This document shows positions 14,812-25,384 of a stretch of 64,000 bases of DNA, in pieces. How positions within the stretch are numbered: the first letter of the stretch is position 1; every line of letters starts with the position of its first letter. Made by a program: the position numbers and the translations under genes. The stretch covers positions 4,279 through 68,278 of the forward strand of contig JBAQCH010000345.1 of assembly GCA_049294015.1 (NCBI GenBank), read 5' to 3'. Below the pieces are notes generated by a model. The model worked only from the letters and a program-made list of their open reading frames with translations. It made no database searches and was not told where the DNA came from. The DNA is from Anaerolineae bacterium (GTDB lineage: Bacteria; Chloroflexota; Anaerolineae; JAAEKA01).

Positions 14812-15852
14812 ATGGCACATCAGTCAACGAGCAAGGAGGAATGGGCAACAGCAGCAGCCGAGAATGCTGCTACCTTGAGACACGAGATCAACCGTCTGAA
14901 GTCGGATTACGGTCCATCCTTGATGTCTGGACGCGATTATGCTGGTTTCTTTGCTCATGCCAAGCAAATCTCTGAGTTGTTCAAGGCGCTTAAGCCTTTG
15001 AAGTGGGAAGTAAGGGAAGAGCTATGGTCAGATTTCAATCAAACCTGCGATGAAGTACGCCGAGCCAGCGATAGTGAGCAGGAGAATCGTCGTTACAGGT
15101 CTGCGGAGGTCAAAGAGGTGGCGCTTCGTCTTATAAGGGTCGCCACTACATCGGCGGAAGTAGCTGCTGATCGTGACGATGTTCAGAGAGCGAGAGATGC
15201 CTTCAACGAGGCTCACGATTGGCTCCGTGAGCACGCGGGCGAGTTGTTGAGAAACGACGCGAAATTGTGCTGGGATCAGTTTCACGACGGAAAACGCACG
15301 CTTGGCTTTCGAATCGAGCAGCTTCAGGACTGGGCCTATAAAGAGGCGCGTCAAGCGATCCAAGAAGCACGCCGTGCTCTGGGTCGTGACGACCCATTCG
15401 CAGCCCTCAAGGAGATCAAAGCTGCGCAACACAGTTGTAAGGGCCTTTATTTGCGCAAGGATCAAAGCGAAGAGATACGCAGCGAATTCACCGAAATCTG
15501 GGAACAAGCTCAAGAGAACATTGATGAGTATCGTCGTGAGCAGGCCAGAAGACATGAAGAGTATCTCGAACGTCAAGCTGAGAGAGAGAGAAAGCATCAG
15601 GAATGGGTCAGGCGGCAACAGGAGCATATTGAACGATGGTCAAGCAAGGTTGATCGGCTCGAGCAAGTTATCCGAAGCCTGGAGGACCAAATCAGCGATT
15701 TGGAGTATAAGCGTTCCACAGCTCGGAACCGCGACTTTGCTGAGAACTGCGCAGATTGGATCCGCGAAAAACATGCGAAGATCGCTGATATCGAGGAGAC
15801 AATTCGCGACTTAAACAATCGCATCCGAGATGTTCAGCATCAAATCCACTAG
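14812..15852 (+). CDS. Coiled-coil protein of unknown function, Glu/Arg/Gln-rich, probably co-transcribed with 11738..14791
   Basis: It starts 21 nt after the preceding stop. Long heptad-like charged segments appear (EYRREQARRHEEYLERQAERERKHQEWVRRQQEHIERW). Confidence 0.5.
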   Translation: MAHQSTSKEEWATAAAENAATLRHEINRLKSDYGPSLMSGRDYAGFFAHAKQISELFKALKPLKWEVREELWSDFNQTCDEVRRASDSEQENRRYRSAEVKEVALRLIRVATTSAEVAADRDDVQRARDAFNEAHDWLREHAGELLRNDAKLCWDQFHDGKRTLGFRIEQLQDWAYKEARQAIQEARRALGRDDPFAALKEIKAAQHSCKGLYLRKDQSEEIRSEFTEIWEQAQENIDEYRREQARRHEEYLERQAERERKHQEWVRRQQEHIERWSSKVDRLEQVIRSLEDQISDLEYKRSTARNRDFAENCADWIREKHAKIADIEETIRDLNNRIRDVQHQIH

Positions 15853-16013
15853 CGGACAGGAGGTAGATATGACATATTGATTCTAAGCATTGAGTTTTCC
15901 GGCTCGTCGACATGTGGATGCCCCACATCATGGTTGACGCAGGAGATAAGGTGCGCTACAAGCGCAGCCGTCCAGTCGCCAACTAACCCATCAGCAAACA
16001 GGAGAGTTGAACC

Positions 16014-17525
16014 GTGAAGATCAAGCTCATTTCCATCGTGCTCGTGTCAGCCTTTCTGGCAGCGCTAGCAGGCTGCGTTGCCCCGCCCGCGTCAGCTCCC
16101 CCTTCTCCACAAGGGGAGACCACAGAATCTGCAGCTGTCGTTTCTACTGAGAGCGCCACGGGCCAGGAACCAGTGAGAATCACTTTTTGGGAGTGGTTTG
16201 GCGGCGCGTGGGGCGATTTCTTTGAGGAGGAAGCCCAGAGATTTCACGCCGCACATCCAGATGTTGTCGTAGAAGTGTCCCATTTTCCTGACCAAAGCGC
16301 CTATCGTGAAGTGCTCGCGCTCGCTTTCGAGTCAGGTAGCGCGCCGGACACATTCCTAAGGCGCCACACATTCAGCCAGGTTTTCGAGAACGGGTGGGCT
16401 CAGTCAATCGATCCTTGGTTAACGCCAGAGTGGCTGGCGAAGTTTCCTGAGGCTTCGTTTGTTGAGACCAAGAACGTCTGGGATGGAAGAACCTACGCGT
16501 TTCCCGTAACGGCGCTCAAGTTAGATCGAGTAATCTACGTGAACGAGGACATGTTCCGGGCCGCTGGCCTGACTGATGCAGAGGGCAACATCACGGTACC
16601 TGAGACCTGGGATGATCTGAGGTCAATGGCAAAGAAGATCACTGAAACGGGCAACGGAGCCTACTATGGCATCGGAATCGGCATCAAAGATCCTCGCCAG
16701 ATGAGTTGGTGGTTCGATCTGGCGGACCTTGCGGGAGCTTCAGGTACTTACGAATTTGACTATCGAACTGGTGCCTACAATTTTGGCACCGACCCTGCTT
16801 TTTCCCGCGTAATCGAGCTCCTGCTTGGCATGAAGGCTGACGGAAGTGTCTATCCCTATGAAAGCACACTGGATGACAGTAATTTATACACTGGGTTTGG
16901 TCAAGGTCAGTACGCGATGTTTTTGAGTGGTTCTTGGACAGCGAGTAATCTGGAACGGGACTTTCCCGAGCTGAAAAACTACCGCATTATTCCGCTTCCG
17001 ATTCCAGACGAAGGACGCCAAGGGGGGTTACCGTACACACCGGGCAGTGGGCAGTACTACATGTCGGCAACGACCCAGTATCCTGATGAAGCCTGGCTGT
17101 GGCTGGATTGGATATCTTCACGTGGATTTCATGAGCGCATGGTCTCCAAGGCATTGGATTACTCTGTATACCCCGACCTAAACACTGCCGACCTAATGAC
17201 TGATCCAATCCAGCGCCAAGCCTACGATGCCTTGTTCCAGTACCTTGTTTCGTTACCATCACCTACAGTTCGCAATCCTGAGACGACCGCAGTGATACCG
17301 GGTCCTGTGATTCCGGATACCGGCGATGTCTTGGTGGGGATTTATACCGGGCAGATCAAGGACTGGGAAAATGCGTTACTAGACCTCGATGCGAGGAAGC
17401 AAGCCGCTTTTGATGCAGCCATCGAGAAAGCTCAAAGCGAAGGCGCTGATGTCAGCATTGAGGACTTCGTCTTTCCGGATTGGAACCCCATGGAAAACTA
17501 CATAACGGTGCCAGAAGGTCCATGA
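16014..17525 (+). CDS. ABC transporter extracellular solute-binding lipoprotein (family-1 sugar SBP)
   Basis: GTG start with an AGGAG RBS. Lipobox LAALAGC. Typical SBP composition. Two permease genes lie downstream. Confidence 0.8.
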   Translation: MKIKLISIVLVSAFLAALAGCVAPPASAPPSPQGETTESAAVVSTESATGQEPVRITFWEWFGGAWGDFFEEEAQRFHAAHPDVVVEVSHFPDQSAYREVLALAFESGSAPDTFLRRHTFSQVFENGWAQSIDPWLTPEWLAKFPEASFVETKNVWDGRTYAFPVTALKLDRVIYVNEDMFRAAGLTDAEGNITVPETWDDLRSMAKKITETGNGAYYGIGIGIKDPRQMSWWFDLADLAGASGTYEFDYRTGAYNFGTDPAFSRVIELLLGMKADGSVYPYESTLDDSNLYTGFGQGQYAMFLSGSWTASNLERDFPELKNYRIIPLPIPDEGRQGGLPYTPGSGQYYMSATTQYPDEAWLWLDWISSRGFHERMVSKALDYSVYPDLNTADLMTDPIQRQAYDALFQYLVSLPSPTVRNPETTAVIPGPVIPDTGDVLVGIYTGQIKDWENALLDLDARKQAAFDAAIEKAQSEGADVSIEDFVFPDWNPMENYITVPEGP

Positions 17526-17670
17526 GGAGACTTCACCCACCGTGCAGGGCCGGAACATCGGCGTGATGATGAAGCCAGATCCTAACTAGACCTGGATCGT
17601 CGAGAGAGTATGGAAAGTGACTAGGCGGCTGGAATGCTTCTGCCGCCTGGTCACTTCCAGTGGAGTCACA

Positions 17671-18582
17671 ATGATATCTGCTGCCACAGCGAGAATCCGA
17701 CGGAATCTCTGGGTGTATGTGTTTATTGCGCCGATGTTGTTGCTCTTTGTTTTGTTTACATTGTATCCGGTCTTTGGATCCTTTCGCTACACGCTGTACG
17801 ACTGGAATGGCATCGGTGAACCAAGGCGTTACGTCGGCATCACCAACTTCTTTGATACATTCAGGGATCCCTGGTTTTGGAATGCATTCAAGAACACTCT
17901 GATCTATACGTTGGTGCTCGTTCCCATTCAACTTGCGATCGCTTTAGTGATGGCCGTTATCCTTGACCGACCTTGGCTCCGAGCCAGATACGTGTACCGT
18001 GCAGCCTTCATTGCTCCCATAGTCACTTCATCAGCAATAGTAGGCATCATCATCACTCTCCTGGTAACGACAGCCAATCGGGGCGTCAACCAGCTCGTAC
18101 TCAATTTCGGTCTCTTGACGAGGCCATTTGATTGGCTGGGTGATGCGAGAACCGCCATGCCTATCCTCATTGGTACAGGGATATGGATCGGACTGGGATA
18201 CCCGATCATCTACTTCCTGGCCGCCCTACAGTCGATTGATAAACAGTTATATGATGCGGCGAAAGTTGATGGTGCAGGCATTTGGGCCAGCTTCCGCCAC
18301 GTCACTGTTCCTCAAATCCTGCCTGTTGGCGTTGTGGTTGCGTTGCTGGTCGCGCTAAGTAGTCTGAGGGTCTTCGACATTGTGCAAGTGATGACCAAAG
18401 GTGGCCCGTATTTTGCCACGGATGTAGTCAGCACATATGTGTATCGATACACTTTTGCAACGGACTTGGCTGATCCAAACGTCGGACGGGCATCAGCAGC
18501 GGCCTTCCTGGTGAGTCTGTTGATTGGTGCAGTGACCGTGCTTGAAGTAGGAATGATCCGCAGAATCCGTGCGCAGAAATGA
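17671..18582 (+). CDS. ABC sugar transporter permease (MalF/UgpA-like)
   Basis: ATG at 17671 with a GGAG RBS. Six or more transmembrane helices. ABC-permease EAA-like loop AAKVDGAGIWASFRHVTVP. The longer ORF start at 17617 is unlikely. Confidence 0.75.
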   Translation: MISAATARIRRNLWVYVFIAPMLLLFVLFTLYPVFGSFRYTLYDWNGIGEPRRYVGITNFFDTFRDPWFWNAFKNTLIYTLVLVPIQLAIALVMAVILDRPWLRARYVYRAAFIAPIVTSSAIVGIIITLLVTTANRGVNQLVLNFGLLTRPFDWLGDARTAMPILIGTGIWIGLGYPIIYFLAALQSIDKQLYDAAKVDGAGIWASFRHVTVPQILPVGVVVALLVALSSLRVFDIVQVMTKGGPYFATDVVSTYVYRYTFATDLADPNVGRASAAAFLVSLLIGAVTVLEVGMIRRIRAQK

Positions 18583-18600
18583 GTGAAGGAGCGTGCTTCA

Positions 18601-19443
18601 ATGCTTCCGTATTCAAAACCAGTCAGGATTTCGAGGTTTGTTCTCTATGCCGTACTATCTATTGTGGCCTTCCTTTACACCTATCCGTTTCTCTGGATGG
18701 TATCCGGATCCTTCAAAAAGCCTGGTGAATTCTACGAGCAAGGCCTTCGGCTAGTCGTCGACAACCCGAACTGGCAGAACTTCCTAAGCGTGTGGAACAC
18801 TGTCGGCTTCGATATCTACTTCCGCAACACCGTAGTTGTTGCCGTTGTGACCACTCTGCTAGTCCTGCTCTTTACGTCCATGGCTGGCTATGTTATTGCT
18901 CGTCACGAGTTTCCTGGTCGCAGACTCGTTGTAGGTTGCCTCCTGGTGACGATCTTCCTTCCCAGGGGATACACAATCGTACCTATTTTTGAACTGATCA
19001 AAGACTTAGGGCTCTTGAATACACTTTGGGCGGTAATCTTGGTCAGCACTGGAACCAGCATGGTTTTCAATACCTTTCTTTTTGCAGGCTACTTCTTGAC
19101 CTTACCCAAGGAACTGGAAGAGGCTGCTCTTCTTGACGGCGCAAACCTTCCACAGATCTATGGGAGAGTCGCCATACCTTTTGCTCGGCCAATGATCGCA
19201 ACTGTCGCTCTATTCGAGTTCATCGAGCACTGGAATAGCTTCTTCATTCCCTTGGTTTTCACCCTTGGCCGGCCAGATCTGCGAACGTTAGCAGTTGGTA
19301 TGTATGCCTTTGTCGGGCAGCACCACACTCAATGGACGCTTATTTGTGCAGCTGCTACTATCTCACTTCTACCTATCGCCATACTGTTTATGATATTGCA
19401 GCGTCAGATCATTGACGGCATTGCGGGTGCAATTCATGGGTGA
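18601..19443 (+). CDS. ABC sugar transporter permease (MalG/UgpE-like)
   Basis: ATG at 18601 with a GAAGGAG RBS 9 nt upstream. EAA motif EEAALLDGANLPQIYGRVAIP. Confidence 0.75.
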   Translation: MLPYSKPVRISRFVLYAVLSIVAFLYTYPFLWMVSGSFKKPGEFYEQGLRLVVDNPNWQNFLSVWNTVGFDIYFRNTVVVAVVTTLLVLLFTSMAGYVIARHEFPGRRLVVGCLLVTIFLPRGYTIVPIFELIKDLGLLNTLWAVILVSTGTSMVFNTFLFAGYFLTLPKELEEAALLDGANLPQIYGRVAIPFARPMIATVALFEFIEHWNSFFIPLVFTLGRPDLRTLAVGMYAFVGQHHTQWTLICAAATISLLPIAILFMILQRQIIDGIAGAIHG

Positions 19444-19503
19444 TCCTACGCAGACTGGAATTCAGTCATTCTCTGACCATAGCCTGATGAATCGGAGTAA
19501 TCA

Positions 19504-22500
19504 ATGGCGCTAACCAATCGTGACCGCGTCGGCAAGGCGCTTGAGCTACTGCAGCAGGGTCTTCGCCCCTACGTCCAGCGCGAGATGGAGGCGGAGTATC
19601 GTTCAGCCTGGCTGAAGCAGGCCGCTTACAGCCTGCACAAGGACGAGGGCTGGGCCGACAGCGACCCGTTTCTGGACGCCCAGGCGCTGCTAGTCATCAT
19701 GTGGGACCAGTGGAATAGCGTCTTCAAGGAGACCTTAGGCTTCGCCGAGCGCGCCATCGTCAGTGAACTACGCGAGGCGCGCAACACTTGGGCGCATCAG
19801 GCTCCGTTCACCACCGACGACGCCTACCGCGCCCTGGACAGCATCGCCCGCCTTTTGACCGCGATCTCAGCGCCCGAAGCCCAAGAGGTCGAGCGCCAAA
19901 AGCAGGAGCTGCTGCGCCTCAAATTCGAGGAGCAGGCCCGCCACGAGCGCCGCAAAGCTGCCATCGCGCCCACCGAGGGCCGGCCCAGCGGCAGCCTCCT
20001 CCCCTGGCGCGAGGTGGTGACGCCCCATCCCGACGTGGCCTCGGGCCGCTACCTGCAGGCCGAGTTTGCGGCCGACCTGTGGCAGGTCTACATGGGCGAA
20101 GGCGCCGGCGAGTACCGCGACCCGCTCCAGTTCTTCGAGCGCACTTTCATCACCGATGGCCTGCGCCGGCTGCTGGTCAACGCGCTGCGCCGCCTGGACG
20201 GCCAGAACGCCGACCCCGTGATCGAGCTACAGACCAACTTCGGCGGCGGCAAGACCCACTCCATGCTGGCCCTGTTCCACCTGTTTTCTGGCGCTCCCGT
20301 AGGCCGTCTCGCCGGCGTCGAGCCGCTGGTGCGCGAGGCCGGCGCCGCGCCGCCGCCGACCGTTCACCGGGCCGTGCTGGTGGGCAACAAGATTTCGCCC
20401 GGCCAGCCCAGCCGCAAGCCGGACGGCACGGTGGTCCACACGCTGTGGGGCGAACTGGCCTGGCAGTTGGGCGGGGCCGAGGCCTATGCCCTGCTGGCCG
20501 ACGACGACCGCAACGCCACCAACCCTGGCGACCCACTGCGTCTGCTGTTCAACCGCTACGCCCCTTGCCTCCTCCTGGTCGACGAGTGGGTGGCCTACGC
20601 CCGCCAGTTGCACGACCGGGCCGATCTGCCGGGCGGCTGCTTCGACACCCACTTCACCTTTGCCCAGACCCTGACCGAGGCCGCCAAAGCTGCCGATCGC
20701 TGCCTGTTGGTGGTCTCCATGCCCGCCAGCGAGATCGAGATGGGCGGCGAGCGCGGCAAGGTCGCGCTGGACCGGCTCAAGAACGCTATCGGCCGGCTGG
20801 AGTCGCCCTGGCGGCCGGCCAGCGCTGAAGAGGGCTTCGAGATCGTGCGCCGCCGCCTGTTCCAGCCGCTGACCGACACCAGCAAGTTCGCCGCGCGCGA
20901 CCTGGTGGTGGGCAGCTTTGCCCGCATGTACCGCGAACAGCCGCAGGACTTCCCGGCCGAGACGCGCGAGGGCGCGTACGAGCGGAGGATGCAGGCGGCC
21001 TATCCCATCCACCCGGAGTTGTTCGACCGGCTGTATAGCGAGTGGTCCAGCCTGGAGAAGTTTCAGCGCACGAGAGGCGTACTGCGCCTGATGGCCGCGG
21101 TGATCCACGCCCTGTGGGAGCGCGGCGACAGCAATCTGCTGATCCTGCCGGCCACCGTGCCCATCGACGACGCCAACGTCCAAGCCGAACTGACCCGCTA
21201 CCTGGACGACAACTGGGTACCCGTGATCGAGCGGGACGTGGACGGCCCGGCCAGCCTGCCCCTCAAGCTGGATCGCGACAACCCGACCCTGGGTCGCTTC
21301 TCGGCCAGCCGCCGCGTGGCGCGCACCATCTACCTGGGATCGGCCCCCACTGCCAAGGCCAGCAACCCCGGCATCGACGACCGGAGCATTCGCCTGGGCT
21401 GTGCGCAGCCGGGCGAGAACGTGGCCGCCTTCGGCGATGCGCTGCGCCGCCTGACCGACAACGCCACCCACCTCTACGTGGATCGCAGCCGCTACTGGTA
21501 CAACACCCAGCCCAGCGTCGGTCGCCTGGCCCAGGACCGCGCCGCGCAGATGGATCGCGAAGATCACATCTGGCCGGAACTCAAGCGTCGGCTGCGCGCA
21601 GACCGCCAGCGTGGAGAGTTCAGCGCCGTCCATGCCGCGCCTGACTCCAGCGGCGACGTCCCTGACGAGATGACGACGCGTCTGGTGATCTTGGGACCGG
21701 GCTACCCGCACACACGGCGCGATCCCGCCAGCAAAGCACTGTCCGAAGCTAGGAGCATCCTGGCCTGGCGCGGCAGTGCGCCGCGGCTGTATCAGAACAT
21801 GGTGGTCTTCTTGGCCCCGGACAGTAACCGGCTGCCGGAGCTAGAAGACGCCATCCGCCATTACCTGGCGTGGAAGTCCATCGACGACGAGAAGGACACC
21901 CTGAACCTGGATACCTTCCAGCGCAACCAGGCCAAGACCAAGCACGAGCAGGCCGACCAGACGGTCAACGCTCGCATCAAGGAGGCCTACGTCTGGTTGC
22001 TCTCGCCGCACCAAGAGGATCCCCAAGACCCGCAAACGCTCAACATCGACGAGGCCAAGCTGGCGGGGCAGGACAGCCTGGCGGTGCAGGCCAGCCGCAA
22101 GCTCAAGAACGAGGACTGGCTGAGCACCGAGTTCGGCGGCGTGCCGCTGCGCATGGCGATGGATCGCTACAACCTGTGGCAGGGCGCCGAGCGCGTCCTC
22201 CTGCGCCAATTGTGGGAGTACTTTGCCCGCTACCCCTACCTGCCCCGCCTGTGCGCCCAAGACGTGCTGCTGGGAGCGGTGCAGAACGGCGTCGGTCAGA
22301 TTACCTGGCACGAGAACTTCGCTTACGCGGCCGGCTGGGACGACAGCCGCCAACGCTACCTGGGGCTGCGGGCGGGAGAGAACACCAGCGTGCTGCTGGA
22401 CGGCCAGAGCCTGCTGGTCAAACCGGCGGCCGCCCAGCGCCAGATCGACGCCGACCGTCAGGAGCAGGAGAAACGCACGCCACCGCCGGGAGGTGAGGGC

Positions 22501-22812
22501 ACAGGTACGACCGTGAGGACGCCGCCGCCTGGTGGAGAAACACCACCGCCGCCCGATCCTCAGCCACCTGTCGTTAGGCATCGCCGTTTCCACGGTTCGG
22601 TCAAGCTGGACACATTACGACTGTCATCCCAGGCCGGCGCTGTCCACGAGGCCGTCGTCCAGCATCTGCAAAGCCTGGTGGGAGCGGAGGTGCAGGTCAC
22701 GCTGGAAATCCAGGCCTACCTGCCTGATGGCGCGCCGGAGAATGTGGTGCGGACGGTGACTGAGAATGCGCGGACGCTGAGGTTCGAGGGCTTTGGGTTT
22801 GAGGACACGTAA
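19504..22812 (+). CDS. DUF499-family protein: N-terminal Swt1-like HEPN domain plus P-loop ATPase, the ATPase component of the helicase-methylase-ATPase defence triad
   Basis: HEPN Rx4H motif REARNTWAHQ. Walker A TNFGGGKTHS. The overall ~1100-aa architecture is typical of DUF499. GGAG RBS before ATG 19504. Confidence 0.8.
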   Translation: MALTNRDRVGKALELLQQGLRPYVQREMEAEYRSAWLKQAAYSLHKDEGWADSDPFLDAQALLVIMWDQWNSVFKETLGFAERAIVSELREARNTWAHQAPFTTDDAYRALDSIARLLTAISAPEAQEVERQKQELLRLKFEEQARHERRKAAIAPTEGRPSGSLLPWREVVTPHPDVASGRYLQAEFAADLWQVYMGEGAGEYRDPLQFFERTFITDGLRRLLVNALRRLDGQNADPVIELQTNFGGGKTHSMLALFHLFSGAPVGRLAGVEPLVREAGAAPPPTVHRAVLVGNKISPGQPSRKPDGTVVHTLWGELAWQLGGAEAYALLADDDRNATNPGDPLRLLFNRYAPCLLLVDEWVAYARQLHDRADLPGGCFDTHFTFAQTLTEAAKAADRCLLVVSMPASEIEMGGERGKVALDRLKNAIGRLESPWRPASAEEGFEIVRRRLFQPLTDTSKFAARDLVVGSFARMYREQPQDFPAETREGAYERRMQAAYPIHPELFDRLYSEWSSLEKFQRTRGVLRLMAAVIHALWERGDSNLLILPATVPIDDANVQAELTRYLDDNWVPVIERDVDGPASLPLKLDRDNPTLGRFSASRRVARTIYLGSAPTAKASNPGIDDRSIRLGCAQPGENVAAFGDALRRLTDNATHLYVDRSRYWYNTQPSVGRLAQDRAAQMDREDHIWPELKRRLRADRQRGEFSAVHAAPDSSGDVPDEMTTRLVILGPGYPHTRRDPASKALSEARSILAWRGSAPRLYQNMVVFLAPDSNRLPELEDAIRHYLAWKSIDDEKDTLNLDTFQRNQAKTKHEQADQTVNARIKEAYVWLLSPHQEDPQDPQTLNIDEAKLAGQDSLAVQASRKLKNEDWLSTEFGGVPLRMAMDRYNLWQGAERVLLRQLWEYFARYPYLPRLCAQDVLLGAVQNGVGQITWHENFAYAAGWDDSRQRYLGLRAGENTSVLLDGQSLLVKPAAAQRQIDADRQEQEKRTPPPGGEGTGTTVRTPPPGGETPPPPDPQPPVVRHRRFHGSVKLDTLRLSSQAGAVHEAVVQHLQSLVGAEVQVTLEIQAYLPDGAPENVVRTVTENARTLRFEGFGFEDT

Positions 22813-23020
22813 GACAGAGCGACAACCTGTTCTGTGGTCAATCAACATGCTTGCAGTTATGATCACAATGGCATGATTGGGAGAACCTCACTTTCTCTCA
22901 CTGTGTCTAGGGCCGTTACCTGTTTCGTAGGCTTAGCCATCGCTGATAGTCTGGTCTACAAGAAGTGCAGTACGCTGACAAGCACTGGCACAACCAGGTG
23001 TCTGGAGTCTGAGGTTCGAG

Positions 23021-23602
23021 ATGAACGATTTTCGCTCATTGCATTTGGATGAAATAAGAAGGGACCTTTTTTTGAGAGGGTATAGTGGCACAGAAGTGAA
23101 CGAACTGTTGGATTTCCCGATTCTGCTAATTCCTGGTCCCGTTACGCCTCTCGATCTGGATGAACCCATCCAACAACTGACAAACCACATTGCCTTCCTC
23201 TCGAAGGATTTGTCAAGTGAGGGAGTCACAAACGTGGTAGCTGTTCGAAGAGATGTCCCCAAGCATTATGTCGAAGAGCGTCACGCTCATGTTGACTTGG
23301 GAACAATTGTGGTTAGTCTCATAAGCTTGCAGCAATTAGATGGCTTTGCAAATATCGCTCAGATTCTCGACTTTTTTCTTAACCTGATGAAGCTGAGGTT
23401 CAGTGAAGGACGAACAACAGACCTCACTCCGAGTGTTACGTTTGACCTGCAAGTTCATAACGGGGATAAGGTAGTCAGCTGGCATGTTGAAGGTCCTGCC
23501 AATGACCTAATCAAAATGACCACCCCCGCGCGTATTGCTGCCATAACCGCCGGCCTGAAGGAAACCTCCAAAGATGACTATACTCGATGCTCAGATACTT
23601 GA
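23021..23602 (+). CDS. Hypothetical protein, first gene of an AT-richer cassette
   Basis: Protein-like composition and no recognisable motifs. The region is visibly lower in G+C than its flanks. Confidence 0.45.
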   Translation: MNDFRSLHLDEIRRDLFLRGYSGTEVNELLDFPILLIPGPVTPLDLDEPIQQLTNHIAFLSKDLSSEGVTNVVAVRRDVPKHYVEERHAHVDLGTIVVSLISLQQLDGFANIAQILDFFLNLMKLRFSEGRTTDLTPSVTFDLQVHNGDKVVSWHVEGPANDLIKMTTPARIAAITAGLKETSKDDYTRCSDT

Positions 23603-24905
23603 TGAACTTCACGAAATCCTGGATGCCTCGAACCGGCACTATATTGAGGGAACTCGCATCTGGAACGGATTTGGGTTGGACAATCCGCAATTCGCTAGCG
23701 ATGCGGCCTACGCTGCTTTGATCCAGTATCAACGGGCAGTTGATCTGATTGATCTTGGCAGGTTTTCCCGTTTGCCACAAGAAGTGATGAATAGGGTTCT
23801 TGCATTTCGCGAACAGGTATTAGCCCAGGTCGCTACCATGAAGTTCTACGCAGCAGGAGATAGGGAGGATTGTGAGGAGAGACTGAAGCACGCTAATGAC
23901 GCGGTTACACATTTGAGAAACGCTATTGGGCGGTTGGAAATGTCAAGGTCAATCGACGAGAGTCACTTGTTCAGTTTGCAGACCGATCTTTTGCATTGCG
24001 AAGGCTGTCAAGCCAATATGCTGGCAAAAAGGGCTTCAAGAAACGGTGAGTATGCGGATGCGATTCGGTTTTACCAATACGGCGAGTCCAAGTACTTGAC
24101 ACTGATGGACCTGTGCGAGTCTCGTGCACCAGAACTGGCCGCCGTCCGATCGAGATTCGACGAACCACCTGACCTAAATTGGAACTCAGAAACCACAGTT
24201 GATAATTCCGGCATCCGTTTTCGAGCGAGGATTCTGCATACACAAGGGCAACCCTCAATCCTGTCCGATCATGACAAGTATCTTCGCGCGGTAGCGAATT
24301 ACTATTCGAATGCGGGCAGTAGAAGCAATCTTGAAGCGTTTGAGATTCTATCGAAGGAAAGATTGCCGCAAGCCGCAGAGGACAAACTGGCCAACGCTGT
24401 TGATTGTATCTATCGCGCTATGGAAGCGTTTCCTGCCAATCTTGAGTTTCACCGTGACCTTGTGGCTGCGTGGAGGGCACGAGGAGAGCTTTTTGGTTGT
24501 CCATTTATCGAGACTGAAGTGGCCGTGCATACCAGGTGCCCAATCGCGATCAAGTATTTAGTCGGTGAATGGTATGTTAGTCCAACGCTCGAATATGACT
24601 CGTTGTTATGCAACGTATGCGGTAAGGATATTCTGGAGTGTTCGCATTTTCCAGGACAGGTAGTGGATGGTACCACGGTCGCATACCAAAGAGCCAATCC
24701 ACGTATCTCCTCGGTTAGCCTTGTAGACATTCCCGAAGACCCCCGATGTGTGATCGAATGGATAAGTCTACCTAAAGACTACTTACCTCCCAGACCCAAG
24801 CCCGATAGTCAGTGGCGCTGCTTCATGTGTCAAGTAGAAACAGCCAACGGCATGCTGGTGGGTCCGCCAACTGAACTCCCGTCAAGAGAATTGTCCGTCT
24901 CTTAA
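23574..24905 (+). CDS. Hypothetical protein with a C-terminal Cys-rich (zinc-ribbon-like) region
   Basis: CNVCGKDILECSH…CFMCQ near the C-terminus. It overlaps the upstream gene by 29 nt. Lower G+C. Confidence 0.5.
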   Translation: MTILDAQILDELHEILDASNRHYIEGTRIWNGFGLDNPQFASDAAYAALIQYQRAVDLIDLGRFSRLPQEVMNRVLAFREQVLAQVATMKFYAAGDREDCEERLKHANDAVTHLRNAIGRLEMSRSIDESHLFSLQTDLLHCEGCQANMLAKRASRNGEYADAIRFYQYGESKYLTLMDLCESRAPELAAVRSRFDEPPDLNWNSETTVDNSGIRFRARILHTQGQPSILSDHDKYLRAVANYYSNAGSRSNLEAFEILSKERLPQAAEDKLANAVDCIYRAMEAFPANLEFHRDLVAAWRARGELFGCPFIETEVAVHTRCPIAIKYLVGEWYVSPTLEYDSLLCNVCGKDILECSHFPGQVVDGTTVAYQRANPRISSVSLVDIPEDPRCVIEWISLPKDYLPPRPKPDSQWRCFMCQVETANGMLVGPPTELPSRELSVS

Positions 24906-25384
24906 GGTTGTGATGCCCTCTTCTGCATCGTGCTGTACACCGTTGGCGTAGCAGAAACAGTCATTTCGGCCACCGGCATACTCGCCATTCCGATCAACCG
25001 CGCCTCACCCACCACTTCCAACCCCAGCACGCCATGCCCCCGATCTACTGACCGGTCAGCCTACCGCCCCGGCGCGCCACTTCCTTGCCAGTCTTGGTGT
25101 TACAATCACAACTCCAAGCCCTCGTATGCAAGCGGGCTGGCACGAGGTGCGGATTCTTGGGGACCGAATGTGATGGGGTATTGCGCGGGCGGTGGAAGAG
25201 TGGTATGATGATCATGAGTGTCTGCAAACCGCGGTGAGCCACGCAGGTTTCGGCACGACGCCCCGCATACGAAAGAAAGCGGAATTGCGAGTTGGCGGGA
25301 AATGACGACCGGCATTACCTCCAATCACGTAGTTAGGCGGTCCTCCTTTCTCCAGATAAGATCTTTGCGCAAGGAGAAGATTCC

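Noticed and set aside
16014-19443. ABC importer inside the defence block as a functional component of the defence system
   Set aside because: It is a standard family-1 SBP plus two permeases with no ATPase gene adjacent. That is typical of sugar uptake loci that borrow a shared MsiK-type ATPase. It is more parsimonious as passenger metabolic cargo. Noted only as an insertion.
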